Notes under the pieces: generated by a model | Database searches by the model: none | Told to the model about the DNA's origin: nothing | What the model saw: the letters and a program-made list of their open reading frames with translations, nothing else | Shown: positions 25,655 to 34,109 of the stretch, in pieces | Layout of the letters: the number at the start of each line of letters is the position of its first letter | How positions within the stretch are numbered: the first letter of the stretch is position 1 | Position numbers and translations under genes: made by a program | Source: an uncultured Christensenella sp. | GTDB taxonomy: Bacteria > Bacillota > Clostridia > Christensenellales > UBA1242 | DNA length: 64,000 bases | NCBI GenBank assembly: GCA_964579205.1 | Contig: CAZOFH010000005.1 | Span: 6,870-70,869, forward strand | Reading direction: 5' to 3'

Positions 25655-26488
25655 TCACTCTTTGTTGGTAATAACGTCGTCAAACTCTATATCAAAAGCC
25701 TTGAGAATCTCTTTGAGCGACTCTTGCGGATGCAAAACGCTATCGATATCCACGCCCTTGTCAAGGTGCAGACTCTCCGCAAAACTCATCGGAGCGCCGC
25801 CGCCCGCTAGCAAATCATAAGGCACCGCCTCGCCATAACTCTTGGGCATCTCGACATTCTCGCCGTCCAAATATTTTTGCGCCAAAGTCACCTCGCTATC
25901 ATTATCACGCTGCCGTGTAATAGTCTCGAGGCGGCTCCCCTCGCTATCGTAATAGACCTTGATTTCGTTTTCTTTGAGGGTAACGGTTGGGTCAAATCTA
26001 CCATTGACAATAGCAGGCGACTTGTGCTGCATACGCTCCAAAACGGACTTTGAATACACGCGCTCGCCCTTGTCATTGAGCGTAGAGTTGAGTGTCACTG
26101 TAAGCGCATATTGAAAATCGCCCACCACATTCTCAAGTTCATCACCCGGCAACAGCCCAGCAAATTTTGAGCGCAACTCCTCTAGCACGTTCTCCCACTT
26201 TTGATACAGTAACTGCACTCGTTTTATCTCCAAATCATACACCGTACGCGAAGAATTGGTAATCTCGTCCGCCTTTTGCACTGCCTTGATGAGTGCTTTT
26301 GACACACGCTTTTCTTTTTCTTTATAAATCTCGAGGCTGTATTTTAGGTCATTCATCTCTTGCGTCATCGTGAGCATTTTTTCGTTTTGCCGACGCAATT
26401 TTTCGCTATACTCGCGGCGCATTTTCTGCAAAAAGTTGTCTACATCGTCGGTCGAATAACCATTTGATTCTCGTCTAAAATATTCCAT
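25655..26488 (-). CDS. DivIVA-domain protein
   Basis: The N-terminus 'FRRESNGYSTDDVDNFLQKMRREY' resembles the DivIVA N-terminal domain and is followed by a coiled coil. Confidence 0.7.
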   Translation of the reverse strand: MEYFRRESNGYSTDDVDNFLQKMRREYSEKLRRQNEKMLTMTQEMNDLKYSLEIYKEKEKRVSKALIKAVQKADEITNSSRTVYDLEIKRVQLLYQKWENVLEELRSKFAGLLPGDELENVVGDFQYALTVTLNSTLNDKGERVYSKSVLERMQHKSPAIVNGRFDPTVTLKENEIKVYYDSEGSRLETITRQRDNDSEVTLAQKYLDGENVEMPKSYGEAVPYDLLAGGGAPMSFAESLHLDKGVDIDSVLHPQESLKEILKAFDIEFDDVITNKE

Positions 26489-26491
26489 AGC

Positions 26492-27325
26492 CTAATCCTC
26501 CAGCAACTTTTCTACTCGTTTTTGCTTGAAATGCTTGACAATTAGGTAGGTCGCAAACGCCAGACCAAACACTATCAATATCGCACTCAGCAACTGGCTG
26601 ACTCGCACCGAGCCCCACATCAGCGAGTCCGTCCTAAAGCCCTCGACGATGAGCCGCACGATACCATACAAGACAAAATATCCGCACATCACAATACCTT
26701 TGATATTCACCTTGTAAAGCAAAAGAACTAGGATAACCGCAATCAAGACATCAGGGATACTCTCATAAAAGAAAGTCGCATTAAACCACGCATCCGCTGG
26801 CACCGAGCCATACGCATCTATACACTGCTGACGCGCCAATTCGGTAAAGTGCGAACTCTCGATATTGACCGCATTAGGGAAAAACTGCTGACTAGGATCG
26901 GTGATTAGGTTGCCGTACGCCTCTTGATTGACAAAATTACCCCAGCGCCCTATACCCTGCGCGAGGATTAGGCTAGGCACGGTCACATCAGCGACTGCCA
27001 AAAAATTCTTTTTGCGAAAAATACAGTACAGCATCATACCGATTGCGCCACCGATTACACCGCCGTAGATAGCAATACCGCCATTCCAGATGGCGAAAGC
27101 CTCCCACCCCCAAGGACCATTATTGTAGATAATGTAGTACAAGCGCGCGCCGACGATCGCCAGTGGGAACATCCACAGAATCCACTCGAATGGGTCATCG
27201 CGCTTGAATCCGCGCTGCTTGGCATTAAAACTCGCCAAAACAAGCGCCAAAATCAAACCAAAAGCGATAATCAGCCCATACCAGTGAACCTCTAACCCGA
27301 AGATGGTAAATGCTATTGGATCCAT
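26492..27325 (-). CDS. lgt: Prolipoprotein diacylglyceryl transferase
   Basis: 'HWYGLIIAFG', 'GARLYY', 'GGIAIYGGVIGG' and 'GRWGNFVNQEAYG'. Start set at the ATG at 27325. Confidence 0.9.
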   Translation of the reverse strand: MDPIAFTIFGLEVHWYGLIIAFGLILALVLASFNAKQRGFKRDDPFEWILWMFPLAIVGARLYYIIYNNGPWGWEAFAIWNGGIAIYGGVIGGAIGMMLYCIFRKKNFLAVADVTVPSLILAQGIGRWGNFVNQEAYGNLITDPSQQFFPNAVNIESSHFTELARQQCIDAYGSVPADAWFNATFFYESIPDVLIAVILVLLLYKVNIKGIVMCGYFVLYGIVRLIVEGFRTDSLMWGSVRVSQLLSAILIVFGLAFATYLIVKHFKQKRVEKLLED

Positions 27326-27438
27326 CACAACCTCACTTTTATTTCTACTTATTATACTAGAATACCGTGCAAAAAGCAACCATTAGAACAAAAAAATGTA
27401 TAGCAAATTGACCTTGCCACACATTTTTTATAATTTAT

Positions 27439-28527
27439 CTATCTTGTCTGAGCCTGCTCGTCTTCATTTTCCTGCTCTTGCTCGATATCTTGCTCACCAT
27501 AATCAACCAGTTTGCGAGGCTCGTGCGTAGGCAAACTACCATAGATAGCATTCGCCACTGCCTCGAGAGGATTATTTTCAGAGGTCAGCAAAGCGCCATT
27601 CTCGAGCACAATACGCCCGTCACCGTCAGCGACTATTGATATCGGAGTGCCATCTTTGTCAAAACACTCGATAGTGACAGGGAAAGGCAAAACGCCGTCG
27701 ATATATCTCTCTCTAAGTCTTTGAGAAATGCATTCCAAAGCCACGGCAAACTCTTTGTCCGACCTCGCAGCAAAACTACTCTCAATAATGTCAGGCTCGT
27801 GTGTATCGGTATCTTTTTCTACTAGTTCGCCTGCAGCATCCCTCTTTTGAGCGCCAATCTTGATAGAGCCCTCAAAGTGTCTGCTCGGGTCGATATTCTC
27901 GTCGAGAGTCTGCGACATATCTGCATTCCTCTCAGAAAACAACATATCGACATCAGTCTGTAGCGATGTCATAGCCCTATTCATCTTGTCAGCCTCTGCA
28001 GCGATCTCTTCTTGCTTATTCTTGACGACATCATTAGCCAAAACTACAGGTCTAGGCAGCACATTCGCATACTCCTGCAACTCAGTATCCGAAATCATAC
28101 GCTTTTTCCTACAAAAAGCCAAGTCACGGTTGAGACTCTTTTCTAGCCTCAATCTCTCTTGGTCAAAGTGGTTTTTGCCATCGTCACGGAGCCTCTTTAG
28201 CCTATTCCTAGTCCTCATCGCGCGTAAATACCTACGATATTTGAGATGCCCAGCGATACCACCGATAGCCGACCCCAAGAGCCCTGCGCCCGAAATGGTA
28301 GCGACCACCCACAAAACGCCCACCGTCCAGCCAGACAAAAATCCAGTCAATAAAAACAGTGCCAAAAATCCCCAGCCAGAAATAAAACTAGCCACAGTAG
28401 GCATTTTTGCCTTTTCCCTAATATCAGAGTCACATTTACCCAAGACTTTGTCGAATTCTTTCTGCGGGAGTTGCCGCTTTAACTTAGCCATCTCCTCATT
28501 ATGCTCGTCAAACTTTTCTCTGTTCAT
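27439..28527 (-). CDS. Hypothetical membrane protein (two TM segments, coiled coil, acidic C-terminus)
   Basis: Long ORF with good coding appearance. I recognise no family. Confidence 0.5.
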   Translation of the reverse strand: MNREKFDEHNEEMAKLKRQLPQKEFDKVLGKCDSDIREKAKMPTVASFISGWGFLALFLLTGFLSGWTVGVLWVVATISGAGLLGSAIGGIAGHLKYRRYLRAMRTRNRLKRLRDDGKNHFDQERLRLEKSLNRDLAFCRKKRMISDTELQEYANVLPRPVVLANDVVKNKQEEIAAEADKMNRAMTSLQTDVDMLFSERNADMSQTLDENIDPSRHFEGSIKIGAQKRDAAGELVEKDTDTHEPDIIESSFAARSDKEFAVALECISQRLRERYIDGVLPFPVTIECFDKDGTPISIVADGDGRIVLENGALLTSENNPLEAVANAIYGSLPTHEPRKLVDYGEQDIEQEQENEDEQAQTR

Positions 28528-28613
28528 TCCCTTTCTTCCCTTTGTTTTTTCTTATTATAGCATAGAATTGGATAATTTTCAAGGGTATTGCCCAAATTTG
28601 TGATGAAAATTTA

Positions 28614-29453
28614 TTAGGTCACGATGAGTCGTAATTCGGTATTGGCGGGGTAAATCTGGAGCAACTTTTGCAAGTCCAATTCGTTGATTTTCCCCACCAC
28701 TCTATATTGGCTATCAATGACATTAAATTCGGTGAGGCTGTCAGGAGTCACGGCAGAAATCAGCCTAAACAGCGGCAAATCCTCAGGTACGGCGAGCGAC
28801 CGCATTTTTAGCCCACGGCTCAAATGACTAGTCTTGCTCTCGATAATCCCCATATGCGAGTAGTACGCCTGTTTGTCCTCTAATATCGAGGTCAGTAGCA
28901 GAAATGTGCCAAAGACTAGCAGGGTAAAATTCGGCACAAAGAGTATAGTCATCAAAAACGCGACCAAAATAGCACTAGAGACTGCGATCCCCAAGATGCG
29001 CACGCGTCGAATAGCAGTCTTTTTGTCCAATTTTTTGCTCAAAAATGCCAGCAACACCCTGCCGCCGTCTAGCGGGAATACGGGCAGGCAATTTATCACC
29101 GCAGTACAGAGATTGGCGTAGACAAACACTTGGGTATAGGCGTAAGTTATAGGAAAAACCCACCACACCGCGCACCCCAGCACTGCCAAAACAAGGTTGC
29201 ACACAGGTCCCGCGATCGCTACAAGCACCTCGTCACGCGGGCAGAAAAAGCGACTTTCTCCACTAAGTGAAGCACCGTGCGGCATCAAGGTAATCTGGTT
29301 GAGTCTATACCCCAACTTTTTGGCGACCATTGCGTGCGCCAATTCGTGCAAGATAATAGTAATAAGATAACTAATCAGCAAGACAAAGTAATTGAGATAG
29401 ACCAAAATCCCCGCGAACACCACAAACAGCGGATGAACGATATATTTTATCAT
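28614..29453 (-). CDS. spoIVFB: M50 site-2 protease, SpoIVFB-like, with a C-terminal CBS-like domain
   Basis: 'HELAHAMVAKKLGY' (HExxH) and 'NCLPVFPLDGGRV' (NxxPxxxLDG). Its position after mreB-like/minD matches the B. subtilis order mreB..minD-spoIVFA-spoIVFB. Start set at the ATG at 29453. Confidence 0.7.
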   Translation of the reverse strand: MIKYIVHPLFVVFAGILVYLNYFVLLISYLITIILHELAHAMVAKKLGYRLNQITLMPHGASLSGESRFFCPRDEVLVAIAGPVCNLVLAVLGCAVWWVFPITYAYTQVFVYANLCTAVINCLPVFPLDGGRVLLAFLSKKLDKKTAIRRVRILGIAVSSAILVAFLMTILFVPNFTLLVFGTFLLLTSILEDKQAYYSHMGIIESKTSHLSRGLKMRSLAVPEDLPLFRLISAVTPDSLTEFNVIDSQYRVVGKINELDLQKLLQIYPANTELRLIVT

Positions 29454-29599
29454 ACCCCACCCCAATAAACATAATAAATAGGCTCACGCACCACACCCGC
29501 ACTCTGCATATATTCACGTACGCCCAGCATATCGCACACTAGGCAGACTATTGCCACCCAAATAACGGTGAGCAGCAACACAAAAATTTTGTCACGCAT
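29450..29599 (-). CDS. Small (49 aa) single-TM protein translationally coupled to the M50 protease
   Basis: My own translation is MRDKIFVLLLTVIWVAIVCLVCDMLGVREYMQSAGVVREPIYYVYWGGV*. Its TGA stop overlaps the protease ATG as ATGA. The ORF is too short to appear in the track. Confidence 0.4.
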   Translation of the reverse strand: MRDKIFVLLLTVIWVAIVCLVCDMLGVREYMQSAGVVREPIYYVYWGGV

Positions 29600-29606
29600 A
29601 TTCCAC

Positions 29607-29837
29607 CTACTCGTTTATTAACCCGACAACTTTTAGCCGAAAACAAGACACCTTGCAACGCAAAACATATGTGCCATTGCTCTCAATGTCTAGCCTAGTG
29701 TAGACATCTTCGGGCGCGATATCCATAAAATTCGCCAGCACTTTGTAAATTTCTACATTCAAGAGTTCGTTGAGTTTGTTTGGATTGATGAATTTGTCAT
29801 TGATAAGGATTTGATTGAGACGCGTTAATTTCCCCAT
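29607..29837 (-). CDS. minE: Probable cell division topological specificity factor MinE (divergent)
   Basis: A 76-aa ORF lying 10 nt after minD. 'LNVEIYKVLANFMDIAPEDVYTRLDIESNGTYVL' resembles the MinE C-terminal domain. The N-terminus is atypical. Confidence 0.5.
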   Translation of the reverse strand: MGKLTRLNQILINDKFINPNKLNELLNVEIYKVLANFMDIAPEDVYTRLDIESNGTYVLRCKVSCFRLKVVGLINE

Positions 29838-29846
29838 TTTTCTCTC

Positions 29847-30608
29847 CTAAAAATTTTTGCCAAAGCCGATCTTTTTGCTCTGCGGCATCGCCCGATTGAG
29901 TGCGACATTATTAGCCAAATCCACCCAATCACTCATCTCTCCGTCACGCATCCCACCCAAGCCTCCCGTTGTCGTAGACAGCATACCTAGGCTGAGATTC
30001 TCGTGCAGTACCCCTATCAGAGGAATGCGTAGGCTAGAGGCGATTTCGTGAGGCGAATACATTATGTTTTTGGCTACAAGGTCGTTTTTGACGCGATTGA
30101 CCACTAGACTAATGCTATCTATGCACCCGCACAAAAGGTTGCACACGCGCCCAGCATCACGAATAGCAATTAGATGCGGAGTGGTCACGACCAGCGCTTC
30201 ATTAGCATAAAAGACGGCACGGCGGAATTCAAACCCAACCCCAGCAGGGCAATCAATGAGAATGTAATCAAAAGATGAGTTGAGTTCGTTTATCACATCT
30301 TGGATTGCGCTAGTCGTAATACGGGTGGCGTCCGCAATATTGACGCACGGCAAAAAATACAGGCTCGGGTTTTCCTCGCAACGGATGAGTGCTTGTCTCA
30401 CTCTACACCGTTGCCCCAAGATATCGCACAAATCGTAATTTACCTTTGCGTCCACACCCGCGACCAAGTCGAGGTTGTTTAGCCCGATATCTAGGTCGAG
30501 GATTACCGCCTTGCTACCCATTTTTGCCAAATTATATCCCAAGAGATACGCGGTAGTAGTCTTGCCCACGCCGCCCTTGCCACTGGTAATCACTATTCTT
30601 CTAGCCAT
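29847..30608 (-). CDS. minD: Septum site-determining ATPase MinD
   Basis: Deviant Walker A 'ITSGKGGVGKTTT', together with 'ILDLDIGLNNLDL' and 'ILIDCPAG'. Confidence 0.88.
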   Translation of the reverse strand: MARRIVITSGKGGVGKTTTAYLLGYNLAKMGSKAVILDLDIGLNNLDLVAGVDAKVNYDLCDILGQRCRVRQALIRCEENPSLYFLPCVNIADATRITTSAIQDVINELNSSFDYILIDCPAGVGFEFRRAVFYANEALVVTTPHLIAIRDAGRVCNLLCGCIDSISLVVNRVKNDLVAKNIMYSPHEIASSLRIPLIGVLHENLSLGMLSTTTGGLGGMRDGEMSDWVDLANNVALNRAMPQSKKIGFGKNF

Positions 30609-30699
30609 ACTGCCTCCACATACGGGTACATTTTAGTGAAAAGTGAGCAAAAAGTAAAGAGCAAAGACTGACCTTTGCCCTTTTCTACACAAGTATATT

Positions 30700-31698
30700 T
30701 TATCCGACATTTTTCATCAATCTTTTGTACAGCGCCTTACTCTTGCCCAACTTGCCCAGCCCATATAGCGTACATTCGTAATTTGCGACGAACACGGGCA
30801 AGCCAATTTTGTTACTCATAAACTCGCTTAGCCCCGATATGAGGCTGCCGCGCCCGCAAAACACCGCACCTTGAATAGCCAAATTCTTGCGCGTGAGTGG
30901 GGTCTGCTGCCCAAAAAGTTTCGCCGCGGCGTCACCAATAGCCTTGTAATAACCAATTATTGCGTCATAGATATCGCTGCTATGGATTTTCGTCAAGCGC
31001 TGCCGCCCCGTCCTAATATCCACTCCCGAGTAGGATAATTCAAACGCATTATTTTTGCTAAGAACTGCAGAATGCTTTAAAATTTCGCCCAAAGTCTCAG
31101 AGTCAAGACTAACGCCGTAGCGAAATTTCACCTGCTCAAATATCGCCTGCTCAAAATTCTTTGTCCCAACATTCATAGTCAGCGCCGAAGCGATACCCTG
31201 TTCTGAGAGAATGGCGATATCGGTGTTTGCCGTATTGATATCCACTATTATACAGCACAAAAAGTCGTCAAAAGTTATGCCGCATCCCACCATATCCGCT
31301 ATCGGGTACGGCACAAAATCGACTTCGCTAATTCCAGCATAATATGATAGTTCGCGGATACTTTTTTTGAATTGCGGCGTCACTCCACACGACACAGCGA
31401 AATGGGCTACAATGTTTGCATTAGGCTTGTCCACCGTGACGCGACGAACATATTCCGCCATCATTTGCCTAGCGTACAGCATATCGCTAGCGTCCACCCC
31501 GTCAACACCCACTGGATAAACGAAAAACTGGTCGTGTTGCGCCTTTTGCGCGGTAGAACCGTAACCCAAAATCTGCACATCCTGATAGTCGCCCTGACAC
31601 AACACGGCGTTTGGCTCGTCCAGAACGACGCCCTTGCCATCTCGATAAATTGCGGTATTATTCGGTGTAAAATCTATGCTCAAAACTATTTTTGACAT
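30700..31698 (-). CDS. MreB-like actin-fold protein with degenerate nucleotide-binding loops
   Basis: The overall MreB pattern is present ('..GTKNFEQAIFEQVKFRYG', '..FCGRGSLISGLSEFMSNKIGLPVFVA'). However, PHOSPHATE-1 reads 'SIDFTPNNT' (expected DLGTANT) and PHOSPHATE-2 reads 'VDINTANTD' (expected DIGGGTT). Confidence 0.55.
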   Translation of the reverse strand: MSKIVLSIDFTPNNTAIYRDGKGVVLDEPNAVLCQGDYQDVQILGYGSTAQKAQHDQFFVYPVGVDGVDASDMLYARQMMAEYVRRVTVDKPNANIVAHFAVSCGVTPQFKKSIRELSYYAGISEVDFVPYPIADMVGCGITFDDFLCCIIVDINTANTDIAILSEQGIASALTMNVGTKNFEQAIFEQVKFRYGVSLDSETLGEILKHSAVLSKNNAFELSYSGVDIRTGRQRLTKIHSSDIYDAIIGYYKAIGDAAAKLFGQQTPLTRKNLAIQGAVFCGRGSLISGLSEFMSNKIGLPVFVANYECTLYGLGKLGKSKALYKRLMKNVG

Positions 31699-31798
31699 TA
31701 CAAAACTTCCTTTTGACATAATTTTAGCAAAAGTGCGTTTTTAATGCAATCAAAATCACAACATTTTTGACAAAAAAACATACCCCGCAGGGTATGAA

Positions 31799-33367
31799 TT
31801 ATAATATCTCGAGATTTTTGCCAAAAACTTTCTTAAAATCGACGCTCGCCTCGATAGCCGACTTTACCTCAAACTGGATATCCGCGCCATCCGTCACCGT
31901 CTTCATAATGACGGCATCGCCCAAAACATCACAAGCGAGGTCTACAATGTGCTCTTGCTGAGACCTATCGAGCGCTACCGAAATCTTGAGAATTGCAGCC
32001 AATTTCTTGACTGCTGCGAGGTCCTCATCATCCACTAGGTCTTTGTAACGCACCCAGTCAGACAGGCTAAACTCCTCGGCATTTTGTGTCGCAGCGATAA
32101 AGGCAGCCAGCACCAAATCACGATGAGACAAGCCATAAACCTCAGAATTGAGGATGACAGACAAGGCGTCCTTTTTGCTAGGTGAATACCTCAGTCTCAT
32201 CCCGCAATCGTACATATAGCTAGCCACTTTCAGCGGACGCAAGTAATGCCTATTTAGTTTGTGCATCACCCGCAGTTGTCTAAACAGCAGCGCCGCCAAC
32301 TCATACACGTGCAACTGGTTGGAAACATAGTTTTCTCTAAAACTCAAGTTTGCATTGAGGCTGTAGCCGACGATGTCTACGATTGGCTTTTCTGCAGTGC
32401 TAGGCACGCATTGGTTAAACAATATACCAGTAGAAACATTCGAGGTAGAGATGATGAACTTCCCCTGCTCCAAATATTCCATAAATGCGCGCACGATAGA
32501 CAGCCCTGCCGCGACAGAATTCGCCGAACGCTGACTGATGCCCTTGATTTTGCTACGCTTGTCAATGTCTAGTGCCTTGATAGCATTGTAGACATTGTCA
32601 AAATCTTTTTGCGTCACCTCGTATGAGTGAGCAAGGTCGAGCGGGTACTTTTTACCCTTTCTGCTGATTTTGCCGATGCTCTCAAAAGCATCCCCGACGC
32701 CCACCAATTTTAACTCTTCAAAATCGCAGTCCTTGAGCCAAGCACAATTCTCACTCAGCTGCTCAAAAAACTTCTCTTGGAGAGCCTGCATCACCTGCTC
32801 TGGCGTACCGGTAATCTCGGGATGCTTTGTCACCAAGGTCTCGGTACCGTACGGCAAGGTAATGGAATTGACTATCGCCTTGCGCGCATACTGCACTACA
32901 TGGGTATAGTCGTCGTCAATATACATAATGACGCCTTTGGGCGCGTCGACCGAATTGACTACCGCGGTGTAGACCGACACAATCTCGTCCATCCCCTGCA
33001 GCAGCCTAATCTTAAAGCCGGATGCAATCTCCAACTCCTCCAAAAATCCGTAGTGATTCTTTGCCTCTCTAAATCCAGCAGTCGCATAAGCCACCGCCTT
33101 TTGCACGCCCAAATCATCACAGAGTTTGCGGTACATTTTGACCAATTCCACACATTCTGCCACCTGTGTAGGCTTGATAAACCCGTCCTGCGCCACATCC
33201 TCGTACACCTTGATAGGCTCGATAAACTGGTCAAACACCTCAAAGCAAGTGTCGGCAATCTGCCAAGCAAAAACGAGCTTTAACTGACGCGGGGTCAACT
33301 CTAGCAGTGCTACTTTTTCTTTTTGTCTGTCTAGCGAAATTTTCTTTTCCAAATTAATCTGATTCAA
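31799..33367 (-). CDS. Ppx/GppA-family protein with degenerate phosphate-binding motifs
   Basis: 'AYATAGFREAKNHYGFLEELEIASGFKIRLLQGMDEI' is Ppx/GppA-like, and an HD-like C-terminal region is present. The N-terminal 'LELTPRQLKL' replaces D.GSNS.RL, and 'YIDDDYTHVV' replaces DIGGGS.E. Confidence 0.55.
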   Translation of the reverse strand: MNQINLEKKISLDRQKEKVALLELTPRQLKLVFAWQIADTCFEVFDQFIEPIKVYEDVAQDGFIKPTQVAECVELVKMYRKLCDDLGVQKAVAYATAGFREAKNHYGFLEELEIASGFKIRLLQGMDEIVSVYTAVVNSVDAPKGVIMYIDDDYTHVVQYARKAIVNSITLPYGTETLVTKHPEITGTPEQVMQALQEKFFEQLSENCAWLKDCDFEELKLVGVGDAFESIGKISRKGKKYPLDLAHSYEVTQKDFDNVYNAIKALDIDKRSKIKGISQRSANSVAAGLSIVRAFMEYLEQGKFIISTSNVSTGILFNQCVPSTAEKPIVDIVGYSLNANLSFRENYVSNQLHVYELAALLFRQLRVMHKLNRHYLRPLKVASYMYDCGMRLRYSPSKKDALSVILNSEVYGLSHRDLVLAAFIAATQNAEEFSLSDWVRYKDLVDDEDLAAVKKLAAILKISVALDRSQQEHIVDLACDVLGDAVIMKTVTDGADIQFEVKSAIEASVDFKKVFGKNLEIL

Positions 33368-33370
33368 TTC

Positions 33371-33544
33371 CTAATCCTCACTGATAGTAATAGCAGATAC
33401 AGGGCATACACCCTCACAAGTCCCGCATTTTATACATACATCTTTGTTTATCTCTGCTTTGCCATTAGCGTCAAAACTAATAGCCCCTACTGGACACATA
33501 CTCGCACAAGCACCGCATCCCAAACATACATTTTTATCAATCAT
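33371..33544 (-). CDS. 2x[4Fe-4S] ferredoxin (57 aa)
   Basis: My own translation is MIDKNVCLGCGACASMCPVGAISFDANGKAEINKDVCIKCGTCEGVCPVSAITISED*, which contains two CxxCxxCxxxCP motifs. The ORF is too short for the track. It ends 3 nt upstream of the ppx-like start. Confidence 0.8.
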   Translation of the reverse strand: MIDKNVCLGCGACASMCPVGAISFDANGKAEINKDVCIKCGTCEGVCPVSAITISED

Positions 33545-33682
33545 TTTTTGTCATCTCCTCATATTTTTTTGTAGACTATATCACAAAATGAAGCCTTTTG
33601 TCAATAGGTAAATTGCAAAAAAAAATTTTTATAATTTTTTCAAAAAAATTACGCAAAAAGACTTTATTTATTCTCAAAAGTG

Positions 33683-33691
33683 TGCTATAAT
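33683..33691 (+). promoter_or_regulatory. Extended -10 element (TGcTATAAT), candidate promoter for tRNA-Leu
   Basis: TGcTATAAT lies about 100 nt upstream of the tRNA. The -35 (TTTATT) is weak. Confidence 0.3.
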
Positions 33692-33794
33692 AATGTTGCT
33701 TTTTGAGTAAGTGGCATAGTTTCGTACCATTTTGCTGGGGGGGTGGGGCTGTTTGCCCCATATCTCAAAAAAGTGGGCGGAGTGCATTGCATTT

Positions 33795-33883
33795 GCGGTA
33801 ATGGCGGAATTGGCAGACGCGCAAGACTAAGGATCTTGTGGCTTATAAAGGCCGTGGAAGTTCGAGTCTTCTTTACCGCACCA
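33795..33883 (+). tRNA. tRNA-Leu with anticodon AAG (type II, long variable arm), CCA encoded
   Basis: GCGGTAATGGCGGAATTGGCAGACGCGCAAGACTAAGGATCTTGTGGCTTATAAAGGCCGTGGAAGTTCGAGTCTTCTTTACCGCACCA. The acceptor stem is GCGGTAA/TTACCGC, and the anticodon stem CAAGA/TCTTG encloses the loop C-U-A-A-G-G-A. Confidence 0.85.
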
Positions 33884-33905
33884 GATTTTTACTCACCTAG
33901 CGCTA

Positions 33906-33941
33906 GGGATTAGCAATTCGCTAGTCCCTTTTGTTTTGTTT
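33906..33941 (+). terminator. Rho-independent terminator after tRNA-Leu
   Basis: GGGATTAGC-aattc-GCTAGTCCC followed by TTTTGTTTTGTTT. Confidence 0.7.
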
Positions 33942-33954
33942 AGAGTTTGATGCG

Positions 33955-34018
33955 GTCGACAGGCGCGGCTTGCCGTCAGTCGCGGGCAGCGACTGGTGCG
34001 CCCCTGAATAGACAAACG
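33955..34018. repeat. Possible degenerate relative (copy E) of the structured intergenic repeat
   Basis: GTCGACAGG..-[CAGTCGC gggca GCGACTG]-GTGCGCCCCTGAATAGACAAAC. It shares the ACAG..hairpin..CTGAAT(A)GACA layout but lacks the GGGGTTCG module. Confidence 0.3.
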
Positions 34019-34053
34019 CAAAAAGCCCTCAATATAGAGGGCTTGTATTTTTG
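34018..34053. terminator. Bidirectional terminator (3' end of the acidic zinc-ribbon gene)
   Basis: AAGCCCTC-aatata-GAGGGCTT flanked by A and T runs. Confidence 0.65.
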
Positions 34054-34109
34054 TATTGCGCAGGCAAGCCTAATGAATAGAATTACCACGTGACCAATTA
34101 TCACCACGA

